A DNA stretch of 64,000 bases from Raillietiella orientalis (taxonomy: Eukaryota): NCBI GenBank assembly GCA_036172245.1, contig JAYWIR010000026.1:1612001-1676000 (forward strand), in the 5' to 3' direction. Both the position numbers and the translations under genes were made by a program. Positions 49,241 to 61,274 of this stretch are shown one piece after another. The first letter of the stretch is position 1. Each line of letters starts with the position of its first letter. Under the pieces are notes generated by a model. It worked only from the letters and a program-made list of their open reading frames with translations. It did no database searches and was not told the origin of the DNA.

Positions 49241-49752
49241 GGGGACGACTCTGGCTAGGATTCAGGAGGAAATGATGCTTGGGAGAGGAAGCGGAGTGGA
49301 ATCCCGTCAGGTGAAGAGGGTGATTGGCTGCTGATGAGTTCCTGACGACCTTTGCGATCAGCGTCCGTAAACCAGGGAGTGTAATTTTCAGGGGTCCCTG
49401 CGCACTGGGAAAACCTGGAGGGGGGGGGGGATACGAAATGGAAAAAAGAGAGAGAGAGAGAGAGAAAAGCGGATCGAGCGCTCCTGGGGGGGGTCAAGTT
49501 TGGCTCTGTCCTTGTTTGCTCTCTTTCGTGCAAACGGAGATCCGACGCGATGAAGTCACGCGCGAAGCTCTCCTCGGGAGGAAGGCGAGCGGCAAGCGGA
49601 CGACTCTTCAGGTGTCCCTGCAAGGTGCGTGCAAAACGCCCAGCAGCAGCAGCAGCAGTCCCAGCAGGACACGCAGGCGGTGAGCGAAGCCGCCGCTGGA
49701 CGCCGCAAGGGAGACCACACCTCCTGGAACGAGGGAGTCCCCGCTTGGGGTT

Positions 49753-50178
49753 TCACGCCTGCAGCTTTATTGCGTATTTCTGGAGGAAGTTCCTCAGCAG
49801 GCAGGAGAACACGGATTCCTCCGCGCGGTCGCGTCCGACCTTCAGCGAAGAGTACGCGTCCTGCTGGTCTTGCGGGTCCGCCGCCATCTTGGATAGGTGC
49901 GCGAGTTTCCGGTTGATCCTCTCCTCCAGCTCTTCGTTCCTGTTCTCGATGTAATCCACCCGCATCTTCAGCATCCGCATGAACCTCTGGAGCTTCTCGT
50001 ACTGCCTGCACATCACCTCGTTGCTGGCTTGCAGCTTGCGCGCCTTCTCCACCGCCTCCACGTGCTCTTGCAAGAAGTAGTGGTGTTCGATAGTCAGGGC
50101 GACCAGCTGCGCGTTCGCGTGGATGACTTCGTCCACGGGGACGAGCGGCGGAAGAGTCCTTTCCATCGTCCTTTCCAT
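49753..50178 (-). CDS. Orphan coiled-coil protein (141-aa ORF; may be one exon of a larger gene)
   Basis: Heptad-like helix EAVEKARKLQASNEVMCRQYEKLQRFMRMLKMRVDYIENRNEELEERINRKL. Strong G/C third-position bias and normal composition, unlike the R/P/S/G-rich noise ORFs nearby. Confidence 0.55.
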   Translation of the reverse strand: MERTMERTLPPLVPVDEVIHANAQLVALTIEHHYFLQEHVEAVEKARKLQASNEVMCRQYEKLQRFMRMLKMRVDYIENRNEELEERINRKLAHLSKMAADPQDQQDAYSSLKVGRDRAEESVFSCLLRNFLQKYAIKLQA

Positions 50179-52703
50179 TCACGCAGACGCGGCACGGTCG
50201 CAGTTGTCGAAGGAGCGCTCCTGGAAATTCGCTTACCAGGAGACCTGAATGATTTTCCTGAGTTTCTTTTCTTTGGATGAAGGGAGGGGGAAAAATGGAC
50301 AGAATCGATATCCGAGCCCAGACACCCGCAATAATGAAGCAGTGCCTAGTAATGGCGTGGGCGGCATTGTTGGCACGCAAGAAAGCAATCCGAGCGGAAG
50401 GGACGGCCGCGCGGAACAAAAGGAGGACACCGGGTGGTGGTCCTCACACCGCCTCCCTCCCGAGCTGCTGCTGCGGAAGATTACTGAAGATCCCACCTAC
50501 CCACTTCCCTTTTTTTTTTCTTTTTTTTTTTTTTGGGGGGGGGGGGGTCTTTTGGCTTTGAAACCAAATGAGTTGTCCCCCTGAAATTCGCCGACGGCTT
50601 CTTTCTTGCAGAGACCAGTCCCAGTCTGCCGCTGTCTTTCGGTCTGTGCCGCACGCTTGAGGGAGCCGCTCCTCCGCACGGCCGTTCCGGGAAAGCAAGC
50701 TGCCTCTCGACTTGGCAGGGAAAGACCATCATCCGTCGACACAGCAGAAGACCCGTGGCCACGGCGGTCCGGAAGGGAACCACATTCTGCTCCGAGGTAG
50801 GGCACTCAGGAGAAGGGCGAATCGAGTTTGCCGGGACTACGGGGGAAGCAGCACAGAAGATTCTGCAGCGCTGCCTCACCTCATGACTGCTGAAAAGGTG
50901 CGCTCCTGCGCCAAAGACCGGCTTCGAAGATTCGAGAACTTCCGCCCCTTTTTGAAAGCGTCGCTTATGGAACGGCAGGGCCATCGAAAGTTCCGGATTC
51001 CAAGAACGGACGAGGCTGACATAACTGAAATCCTGATCACGGCGTCCCGTTAAAGAATTCCCGTTTGCCGAAGCACACGGAAGCAACCGCCTTCGTGGAA
51101 ACCCGACGTTTCTGTGGAGATCTCCATCGCAGAATCCATGTAACTGGGATCACTTGCTAATCTCTTGTTCCCAAAAGCCATGCAGGAGCATCGGGGTGAG
51201 ACGCGCCTGGCTGGCACGTCTTGGCGTCGCGTCAACTTGTAAACTACATGAGGGGAAGCCCTCTTACAGCCCTCTTTTGCAAGCTCCAGGGAACCAACAT
51301 TCCCGTGACGTATCGCTTCACTTCGAGAGAGGATGCGCGCGAAGGCCCCGTTGATCCGACCAAACACGCCCAGGGAACGGACGAGTCTCAGCCGCCACGG
51401 ATGCGATTTTCTCGAGAGCGCGCGATGGAAGGACTCTCGCCGCCACTCATAAATTTCAGCGTGTCCAGACTGGTGAACTGCGGAGCTCTTGTTCGATTCG
51501 GGGACTTCGACCGCTGCGTGTCTTCCCACGATGCCCAAGTCGTCGTGGCTCATCGACCTCGGCATGGGGGCTGGCTGCATGCACCCAGTTTTCCCCACAC
51601 GCCCGTCAAGGGTGGTCCCGAACAAGGGTGGGTCGTTTGGAAGAAGAACCTTCGACCTCGTTTCGCGCTCAGATTGCTTCGTGAAGCTGCCCTCCGCGGA
51701 GCCACTGTAAATTCCAAGCGCTTTTTGTTGTTGTTGTTGTTTGTTTTCGCTTTTCCGAGCACGCTGAACCTCGAAGTGCTCCCGCCCGCGCGACAGCGAA
51801 GCACACTGCTTCTGCTCGGAACTTTTGCTAACTTTCGTTTTGCGAATTCCGTAATTTGAGGTCGTCGACGCGGCAGATCATCTTTGGGGATGGCAGTGGA
51901 TCTTCCATCAAGACGTAGGCAGTAGAAGAGTTAAGCAGCAGCACGGTTGTGGAAACTTTGCTAACCTCCATCGCCTACGCGGGACGCAAGCCTGGGGTAC
52001 CACATCCAAGCACCGCAGATTCCATGCTTGCCATCCGCCACTTGGAACGGTGGGTATCATCCCCTCATGTGCGTCTAGCCTCTGGGAACCCCTGCCAGCT
52101 TGTCAAGCTCAGTTTGCTGGTCACACGGCGATGACCACACGACAAGTTAGCATCCACTTCCCAACTGAACGTGACTGCATCTGCATCCATTTGCATCCGC
52201 TTCCCAACGTGGAAAGCTGTATTCGCAAGAGAATGCGACTGCCTAAACCTCCCGTGAACCCGGCCACGGCGAAACGACCGGTGCTGCGGAGGGAGTCACG
52301 AAATTCTGTCGGCACACGATGAGCACCGAGGCCAGTCTTTGGACTTCCACTCGAAATTCACTTCCCGTTTCCAGGAAGCTTTTCTGGCCGACCTTCACTT
52401 TCGGAAATCACGCAGGTTTACGAGTTCACGAACATGAAATGAAGAAATCACGAAAAAGACATAAAATCAGTGCATCGGTCCCGAAACTCGCGCGCCCCAT
52501 CGTAGGGCAGGCAGCTGTACTTCCTCACTGAAACACCACATCATTGCTGACAGGTCGGTCCACTAGGGCGAGAGACTTCAACGTGACTACATTTGCATAC
52601 GTGGGACTGATGGCAAATGCAAGGCATGTGGCCGCACCGTCATTAAAGATCAGAAGGTTGTGAACACGTACCTCCTGACTTTGAATACATTTAAAAAGCA
52701 TGC

Positions 52704-52709
52704 TTTATT
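52704..52709 (-). terminator. Putative polyadenylation signal of the SDR gene
   Basis: tttatt on + strand, ~195 nt after the stop. Confidence 0.5.
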
Positions 52710-52902
52710 GAATAGGGAATGAATGAAGTCGCACTGTTTGCGTTTCCACCAACGAAACTGACTCCACTCTCTGCTCGATACCGTTCGACGAGCTTGCAGA
52801 GAAAAAGGAACTTCTGCACTTCTATTCACTCTTTAGCACTTGGCTTTTTTTTTTCTTTCTTTTCCCAAACATCCAAACGGAACGATCCCCTCGACCTGAG
52901 CT

Positions 52903-55325
52903 TCACCACGGCAGCAGCTTCCCATCATACTGAACAAAAGCTCCGTGGGACCTCTCGTCGAGAGACTGCAAAGTAGCCAGCAAAAGAGAAACGGAAGCAG
53001 GAACTTCCAAGGGGGCGGCACCCCCTCCTATGTCAGTTTTCACCCATCCCGGGTGCACGCTGACTACTAACACTTTCGCAGGCTTCAGGTCGATGCTCAT
53101 TGATTTCGTGATGGCATTCAACGCGGCCTGAGAAGCTTACATGGCAGAACGTGGTGATCCGAAATGGCTTACTTTGCTGCAACGGTAGGGATACATGCCA
53201 CCATGCACGTTCCGACTAATGGAGGCCGCAATGCCACTGTTGTTGATGACAGCTGCATTTTGTATGGAGAAAGCACCCGAAGATCTTTTGGCTGCTGTTT
53301 TCAGAAGCGGCAACAACGCCTGGGAAAACCTCATGCACTCGATTTGGATGGCATACTAACTTTCGTCAACATTAGCGGACCAACGGCGTTTGCTTCGAAA
53401 CTGGCCATCATTTCTTCGTGATGAACTGAAAACAAGCTACTTTTGGAGGCGACCCCGGCATTATTGATGAGAATATTGAGACCATCATCCTTCACCACAT
53501 CCTCTACCTTTTGCCTTACGCATGCATGATGCTCTTGCCTACACACATCTGGCAGTGGAAAAACATGATCTCGCAATTTTTTTGTGCACTGTCCTCGCAT
53601 GTCTCTGTAATATACAATTACAGTTCCTGCGCATCTTTCAAACGTTTTCCATGAAAAGCTCGTTTTTTGTGAACTGAGATGACACAAATTTCATGAAACA
53701 ATTTCTTATTGGACATTCGGGTGACTGGAGGAAATGAAAAAACCACTCATTGTAAGAAATGTCTTCATAACAAGCTGACAGAGCAACTGAAATCACTTTG
53801 TCCACAGCATGGAGTGGCTGCTAAGATTTCTTCCGAAAGCCGTAAATCCAATAGAGAATTGTGGGGGGAAAATTTGGATTTTTTGAACCAATTCCTCGAC
53901 ACCAAAAACAGATATCTTCCAGCATCCCTGTGTAGTGACCGACTCTGAACTGTTTACTCATAAAATTGGGCAGTACAACTGCAGGTAACCTGAAGTTCCT
54001 TTCCTACAACTTGTCCAACGTGAAAATCGAAATAACTAGTCACATAACACACACGAAACCCCGTGCACTAACTACACTGCTTAATTTACCTTAAGGAATC
54101 TCAGGTGTTTTTGATCCATGTGCCAATGCATGGAACAAATCTACACAAATGGAGAACACAGAACACTGGGGTGCCAAATAGGATTAAAAAAAAAAAAAAG
54201 TGATCATATGATTGACAAAATTTCAAAACCACTAAGATTTCCATTCACGAAATAACTGATGCTCACTTTTAATCTTCCAAGTGGTTGGATCAAATTCAAA
54301 TATAGGTCTAACGGAAACAGAGAAGGTGGAATACAAACATAATCTAAACAGATGTTTTGACGAATCTTATTTCCACGTTGTACAGAATATAAGGTTAGGT
54401 TTTTAAAATAAATAAATGAAATGACAATCCTTTAATTTACGGACAAAATGAATGTCAAGCAAGCATGAAATCTGGAAAGTTTCAACACATGAATCTGCGG
54501 GTATAGTTCAGACATAGACCTACTTTGAATTCAAAATTAAATTCAAATATAGAAAGTAAAAAAATCGAGGAAGCACTTCCTCTAAAATTGTGCATTAAAG
54601 ACGAACAACATAATGAAAAACTATGCATAAAAATAGGTATCCTATTCACACATAAGCAGCTTAAACGAGAATTCAAGAATAAAAGCAAATAAGGGAAATA
54701 TCCCATGCACACCTCAACTAATGATGCAAAAAAAAATGGAATAAGCAGCTCTATATGAAATATGTCCATTTTATAATGCGATATATCGGTATAACAAATT
54801 AGAAAGTGAATGCGCTTTACTCAAATTCTAATTTCATGGAAGGCTGTTGTATTCATGCTGCATCACATAAGTTACTTGAATTGTACAGAATGTAAATTGA
54901 AGCCTTACCTAGTTGTAGGATGTGTAAATTCGAATGTAAAGCAGCCAGCTTCTGCAATTCCTACAAGCACGGTAAATTACCAACATGCACAATGCAAACA
55001 AGCAGCATCAAACATACAATCATGATGAGAAGACACAAGTTTAAAATCACTCAAAAACTTTCCTTTCTATTCTGTATCAATAATAGACATAGAAAATACT
55101 GATACTTCCTACTTTCAATTGAATACATAACTTATTGCATAAACAGAATGGGCTTTAAATGACAAATACTGATATTCTGAATTTTATTACCACTGCTGAC
55201 TGTGGATTCCGACAAGTTGCAAATATGTGATTTGGTGGAATAGGCCATTTGGCAAGCTGTTTTGCCAGCTCCAAACCAATTCCTTTACTACAACCTGTGA
55301 TAAGAATTGCTTTTCCGAAACTCAT
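52903..55325 (-). CDS. C-factor/sniffer-like short-chain dehydrogenase/reductase (248 aa); exons 55325-55191, 54960-54909, 53548-53361, 53319-53173, 53127-52903
   Basis: ILITGCSKGIGLEL (TGxxxGxG), IFATCRNP, LHILQLDV, LINNAG, YRCSK (YxxxK), HPGWVKTD, C-terminal YDGKLLPW. All introns are GT-AG and phase-consistent; 747 nt. Confidence 0.92.
54303..54371 (-). pseudogene. Partial duplicate of the ZMAT5 last exon, inside SDR intron 2
   Basis: 69 nt, ungapped, 11 mismatches to 55516-55584: NKIRQNICLDYVCIPPSLFPLD vs DKIHQKICLEYVCIPPSLFPPD. Confidence 0.8.
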
Positions 55326-55476
55326 CTATGCTGAATACATTTTCATCTCTCAGTTTTCTTGCACAGCTCTGAAAGAATGCAACCACATTCATGAACCAAT
55401 GAGTAAAACGATATGTTCGTCTTAATATTATTGCCACACGACATAGTAACGAAAATTCGATGCCATTCCACACATC

Positions 55477-57567
55477 TCATCCCCAGGATTCAAAAGACAC
55501 ACTGGCAACTGAATCTGGGTCTGGAGGAAACAGAGAAGGAGGGATACAAACATACTCCAAACAGATTTTTTGATGAATCTTATCAGGTAAAGTCCAGTTC
55601 AAAAGTTTGGTCACATCCAATGAAGGAGCTTTTTCTTTGTTCAAATACCTTTTCAACCAGTTAGCTACTGTGACACTTTCACCTGACAAGAGCTGACTAG
55701 GCCATGCATGCTGCTTTAAAGACGTTTCTTCCATGGCTAAAATGAGATAATTAGTGCGCATTAAGATCACAATTTTTACAGTCAACATGGATCCATAATT
55801 TTAATGAAGTCATGTTTAAAAATGAATAGAAAAAAGTAACCTTTCATTTTAAGAACATGTAGTTCTTGAGGATTCATATGACTGTATTTACATGTCTCAC
55901 CAAACTGACAAAAACCTCTGTTCAGAAACTGATGGCAAAGTTTTTTTGCAATTTCTTCATTGTAAAGTTCTTGATAACCTATGAACAAACAAAGTTCAAA
56001 ATACTCACAAAACTTGAATTTTTCTCATGCATGAATATTTAAAATCATGAAAAATGAACCCCAAAACAAAACTTAATTTACTTAATTTTGAAGCATGGCA
56101 CCCACATACTCAAAGCGTTATCAAATACCTAACTGCTGCAATAATTTCCAAAAAACATGTCTAAGTAGTTAGACTAAGAATTATAAATATGCTTGGAAAA
56201 TTTATACAACTTTAACTTATGGAAAATTTATGACCTTAAAGTAACATTAAACCTAAACAATGGTCCATGACAACAGCAACACAGCTGATTGGTTCTCCCA
56301 CAACTCGAAAATTGTATTCTATTCTAACATTATTGCACTTAAACTACTTTTCAGAAATAAACTTTCTATCAAAAGAATCTATAAATACTATGCTTCAATT
56401 TACAATTCATTGCTTTAATACATAACAATGCACCAGAGAATTAGATAAAATTTACACATAATTATGTGCACAGGTCAGAAACTGAATACAGAATAAAAAA
56501 AAAGCACACTGCAACACAAACACAGTTTGGCTAACTACTTTGCTTTTCTGTAAAAACTCCATCATCCTGGTTTAAGTAAAGCAAAGTAAGAAACAAATCT
56601 TTAGCAGGGCAAGTCATGATGCTTTTTGGGGAGGAGTTATTGGGCTTGGTTCGTTTCTGGCTTCCTGGCAAATTTTACACCATACAATTACTTGACAGAA
56701 ATATTTCAAACCACATACAAACACAGTGAGGTTGTTTAAAAGGAAAACAATGCACACACGAATCAATTACTGCACACTGATTTACTATTTGAGTTAGATC
56801 TTCTTAAGAAACCTGCTGATAATAATTTTAATAACTAATAAATAAAAAACAAATAAACTTAAAAACTTCACCTTGCAAAAGATATGAACAGAATGACAGA
56901 ATATTCATAAGTTTGCATTTTACCATTCACAAAACTCCATTTTAAAAGAGAATTTGTAAAATTGCATTATTTGCTATGCATTCTGGGACTTTCTTGGAAT
57001 TGCAATTAAGAGATAAACTGATTATCCTACCATACACTCACAATAAAGGGAATTTTGAATATTCTCACAAAACAAAAATGCTAATCAGCACACTATGAGA
57101 ACTAGAAAACAATTCTCACTATGAAATGACTTCTGAAAAATCAGAATTCTCATGTAATGGGCAAAATGATGATTCACATAGAGGAAAATAACTTTTCTTT
57201 CTGTGGCTTTTGCAGATAGTGCTCCAGAATTTCACACATAAAAACTGTTTATATCGACATGAAACAGCTGACTATAGTGGGAGTTCATTTTCTCTTTCTG
57301 CATATTGGATAAAATAAGATTAAACTGGACTTAAATTTAAAAAACACATTCGGTATTTAAACTGAAGAATCTATTGGTCTATTTAAATAAGAATGATAAC
57401 ATATTATACTGGGTAAAATCTGTCAAAAGTGATCACATGCCTTTGAACGACTGATAGTGCAATTTTTTCCTCTGCTGATGATGTATACCATTTTCATGTT
57501 TTTGTCTGCCTTCTTTGCTATCAGGAAAAGACTTGTCGCAGTAGTGGCAATAATATCTCTTACTCAT
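55477..57567 (-). CDS. ZMAT5: Zinc finger matrin-type protein 5 (U11/U12 snRNP 20K), 174 aa; exons 57567-57441, 55978-55841, 55736-55477
   Basis: MSKRYYCHYCDKSFPD..KHENGIHH (U1C/matrin finger), CHQFLNRGFCQFGETCKYSH (CCCH finger), IPPSL..SWG* end. 525 nt in frame when a GC donor is used. Confidence 0.92.
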
Positions 57568-58169
57568 GTTACTATAGGACCCTGAAAAACATTCAATTTA
57601 CTTCGAAAAATTCACGCATCCATGACATACACAAAAAACTGTTACTGCAAGACAGCAGCTCTTATGTTAGCTGGCTCAACTTAACTTATTAAATGAAATA
57701 ACTAAATAACGGATTAATAGCTAATCATAAATTAAATAAACAGAATAAAAACAATCACTTTATTACATTAAATACTGTGACATCAAGTGCTAATGGGAAT
57801 GGTAAAACTAACTAAAGACTTCAATCGTATTTCTATTGCATTATCCTTCATTTCTGAAAAAAGCTTCAACCTACATATCACGGTCCTGAAGAAAGCAAAT
57901 AATGCTTGAGTGGCAACCTTTTAACATAGATTGAAAAACATAGTTTGAAAAAGTACAAAACAAACACCTACTTAAAAGACATCCCTGCAACCTTCCATCG
58001 AGCTATTTTCTTCAGCGTACTGAGGAACAATCCCCCTCCCACCCTGAACCCAAACTTGAAAGGATGCCCAAATGTGAAAGTGAAGTGAAATTAACAGTGC
58101 AGTTATTGGGGAAAACGGAAAAGACTTAAAGCTGTTTGTTAAAAGTTTGCTTTAATCAATTCACCTCAC

Positions 58170-59580
58170 CGCTTGTCGGACCTGGGGTCAGTGGAGAACA
58201 GCGCACTGCTTCCCAGGGCTTTCTTCTGGGTGACCTATTTTCTGAAACCGAAACAAAAACAGTTGGAAAGGACCCAACGCCACTTGTTATGGAACAATTA
58301 CAGGCCTCGGGTGAAGCTGAAACACGTGTCGACTGAGGGATGGAGGGTGAAGCCGATCGGCTGAGCAATCCAGCTCACATGTGTTCGGCAAATCCTGGAG
58401 CAGCGACGAAATATGATGGGTGACCTTACACAAAGAGTCTACGGCAAGCTGCTTTATGAATCCGGTGGAATGGTGGCCAAGGACAGCCAGTGGGATTCGG
58501 TCGACCCTAAGTGGTCGCGAAAGAGGCAGTTGGCAAACACCCAACGGCGGAAAACAGTGTCCACAGGCAAGGAGATCTGGGGCGAAGAATTGGCTCTGGT
58601 AATTCCAAGCATCACACTGCCTCGGGACACGGTGCAGTGGATTCATTGGACACCGCATCTAAAGACTGGATGCTGCGAACAGTTCAACACGAGTTGAAGT
58701 CATCGTGTGATGCCGCTGTTCTAGTGCATGACGAAAATGAGAAGCAGAGTGATCCACTTGGCCAAGAAACTCTGGAAAGGAAACGAGACGGCTGGCATAA
58801 GGTCCAGGAAGTCAACTGGAAAGACGGCTCACCAGACCGAACACGGCAGAGGAATCCTTTACAACGGCAGCCCACCGTTTCCGCACAAAGCAGATCAACT
58901 GCTGAGCGACAGGCTCAGTGATCTGGAGGACGGATTTTTCTCCTGACACACTAGATGACCTCCTGCTTTCCTTCCGCGGAGGTCTCTGGTGCGATGCCCG
59001 ACTCCGAGAACTCACAGGGATAAGTCAGGACGAAGCTCGCAAAGCGTATGGAAAGAGTGACACCCAGCACTACATGCTCACCTGCTGGACGCTGACGAAC
59101 GACTAAAAAACACTTTGACGTGGGGCAGACTTGCAGAAGATATTACCAACAGAGATCCTGTGTGGGCCCTTCCACGGGAATGGAGTGGTTCCAACTTACA
59201 ACGCCACTGAAAAAGGTGACCTTAGTCTTCATTACCAGCTTCGTAGCGAGAAGGTGGAAACTCATCCAGGGGATAAATGTGCCGGCAAAGGTGATCATGG
59301 ACTGTTGATGAAGATCGACATCCGCAATTGAGAAGCGGTGTCAGCGTGGACACTCAGCGACATCGAGTAAACTGCAGATGGCCTGATGAGTGAAAGCAAC
59401 ACCGATAGGCTCTCCCCTATCCTCGCGCTAAAGTGACTATCCAGAGAGAACAGCGTTAGGGAGGAACACTGGACTGCGATCATTCAAGGCAGACTTCTAC
59501 TCAAAAGTCAGTGTTATTCAAGTGTTGTTCAAACACAGTTAAAAGGTTGCTCAAACATCCATTGAGTTTTTTTTTGTTAA
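58170..59580 (+). mobile_element. 5'-truncated, decayed Tx1/L1-like LINE (ORF2 C-terminus and 3' end)
   Basis: More GC-rich island in AT-rich DNA. NSALLPRAFF..LERTQRHLLWNNYRPRVKL; IWRTDFSP..FRGGLWCDARLRELTG..DTQHYMLTC (zf-RVT-like); FVARRWK; many stops and frameshifts. Confidence 0.6.
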
Positions 59581-60897
59581 AAAGTGTCGACAGTAAAACA
59601 TTCCGCCTCTTTTAAGACCTGGGGAAAATCGTGTTAAATCAGCCTTGGATGCAGGTTATGGTAATTAGTGTCTGATCATTACCGTGTGCCTCATACCTCA
59701 TCGAAAATTCATTTAAATATAGCTACTGAAAACATAATTTCTGAAACAATAAAAGATCTACTGAAAGAAACACAAAATTCGTAAGAATATTTGGTATAAT
59801 CCAGCTTTAAGAGTTAATCAAAGTATTTTTAGTTCGGAACTAACTGGAATAGAAGAGCTAATTACAAAATTAAGAAAGTCGACTATGAAGAATTAGAATG
59901 AACTGTGAATTCTGTGGACGAAATCCTCCCCACATTATGATGACATGGAAAACATGATGTAAACGAAACTTGGCTGTTGAATTTATCTAAAATCATTGAA
60001 CCACGCTTTATAAATGTTTGCATTAGTTTGTTTCGAATCATATAACTAGAATGCAATAGCATTTCAATTTTTTTATGAAGTTTGATCACTTTATTCTACA
60101 GATACTCAATACCGTAGTCTCGTACCTTGATTTGTAACCTTTTAATAAATGAATCCCTTCTTTTATCAAAATTAAATATATAAGGATATGTGCAGATTAT
60201 TCATGATACAAGAAATGTTAAAAGCTTGAAATTTCATCGATAAACAAGTTTCCGATTTTTTCCAAAATACTCTTATTTCAGATGCTCGTGTTTCTCGAAT
60301 GCTGATGAAACTCGAGCATTCTAGACCAAAATTCCCCGAATTTTTAATTGGAACCATTTCATGGTTACTCTCTTGCATACGTTGCGCAACCGAATACTGA
60401 AACAAAAAGTTTATAATCTCTGGATAAGATGACAGCGGCTCGTTGGGGAAAAAAACAAAAGGGCCCGCTATGCTGCGAAGTTTGAATTTCACTTTCAGAG
60501 AAGATCACTGGCGAACTTGTACTTGAAAATTGTAGTCTCCCATAACGCTGAGAGAGCGTGGAGAATCAGGGAATCTTTTGCCACTGCGAGAGTGGTACAG
60601 GGTGTGGTGGTTTCTTTTACTTGTGAGCAGCAATCGGAAGTTTGCAAACGGAAGCCGACGGAAAGTGGGAAATTCACAGCAGTCCGTTGCATCACAAGGA
60701 AATGTGGCAGTTGCTAAAATGCCCTTAAAAGGATTACGAATTTGATTTTAAAAGGATTTTCTTCCCTTTTTTTTCTCAACTGTCACCAACTAACGAGTCC
60801 AGTGTAGGAATGACAAAGTTTCTTCCATGAATGAAGGAAGCCAGTTGTATTGTGCTGACCACGTTTTAATAAAAGCGTGGTAAATTCATTCATAATG

Positions 60898-61274
60898 ACT
60901 CACCCGAGTCGTTTGAACGTGTACTTCTCGCAGCCATGCCCCTTTTCTGCTTCTTGAATGATTGCTTGTCAATCTGCTTAATCTCAGGATGTGAAACTGG
61001 AAGTCCATCGAAAACATCTGATGTAACTCTGTTCCAGCGTTATGCAGATAATTAATGAAACGTCTGCACCCGAATGTAGGCGAATGAAGCTGTGGACACC
61101 CTGTCAGGAAGATTTCTGTCATTTCGTACCTCAGAGTGCTGATCTCGAAGGATGTGGCATCGAGTTGTTGCACCGGAATTCCAATGTGCTGAGTAAGGGA
61201 CGTGAGTCTCATGTGGCCACGAGCTGATTTTATGCCGCTTTGTGCCTCTCGTGGTTTGGTGGTATATTCGAAGG
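60898..61274. promoter_or_regulatory. Probable divergent promoter region (PREB / ZMAT5 leader exon) with a strong minus-strand donor at 60904|60903
   Basis: CGG|GTGAGT donor. ZMAT5 has an unpaired acceptor (57584-57582) before its ATG, and the PREB ATG is at 61275. Confidence 0.35.

Noticed and set aside
53549..54908. 5'-truncated SDR or chimeric assembly at the GC boundary
   Set aside because: The missing exons were found at 55325-55191 and 54960-54909, in correct phase
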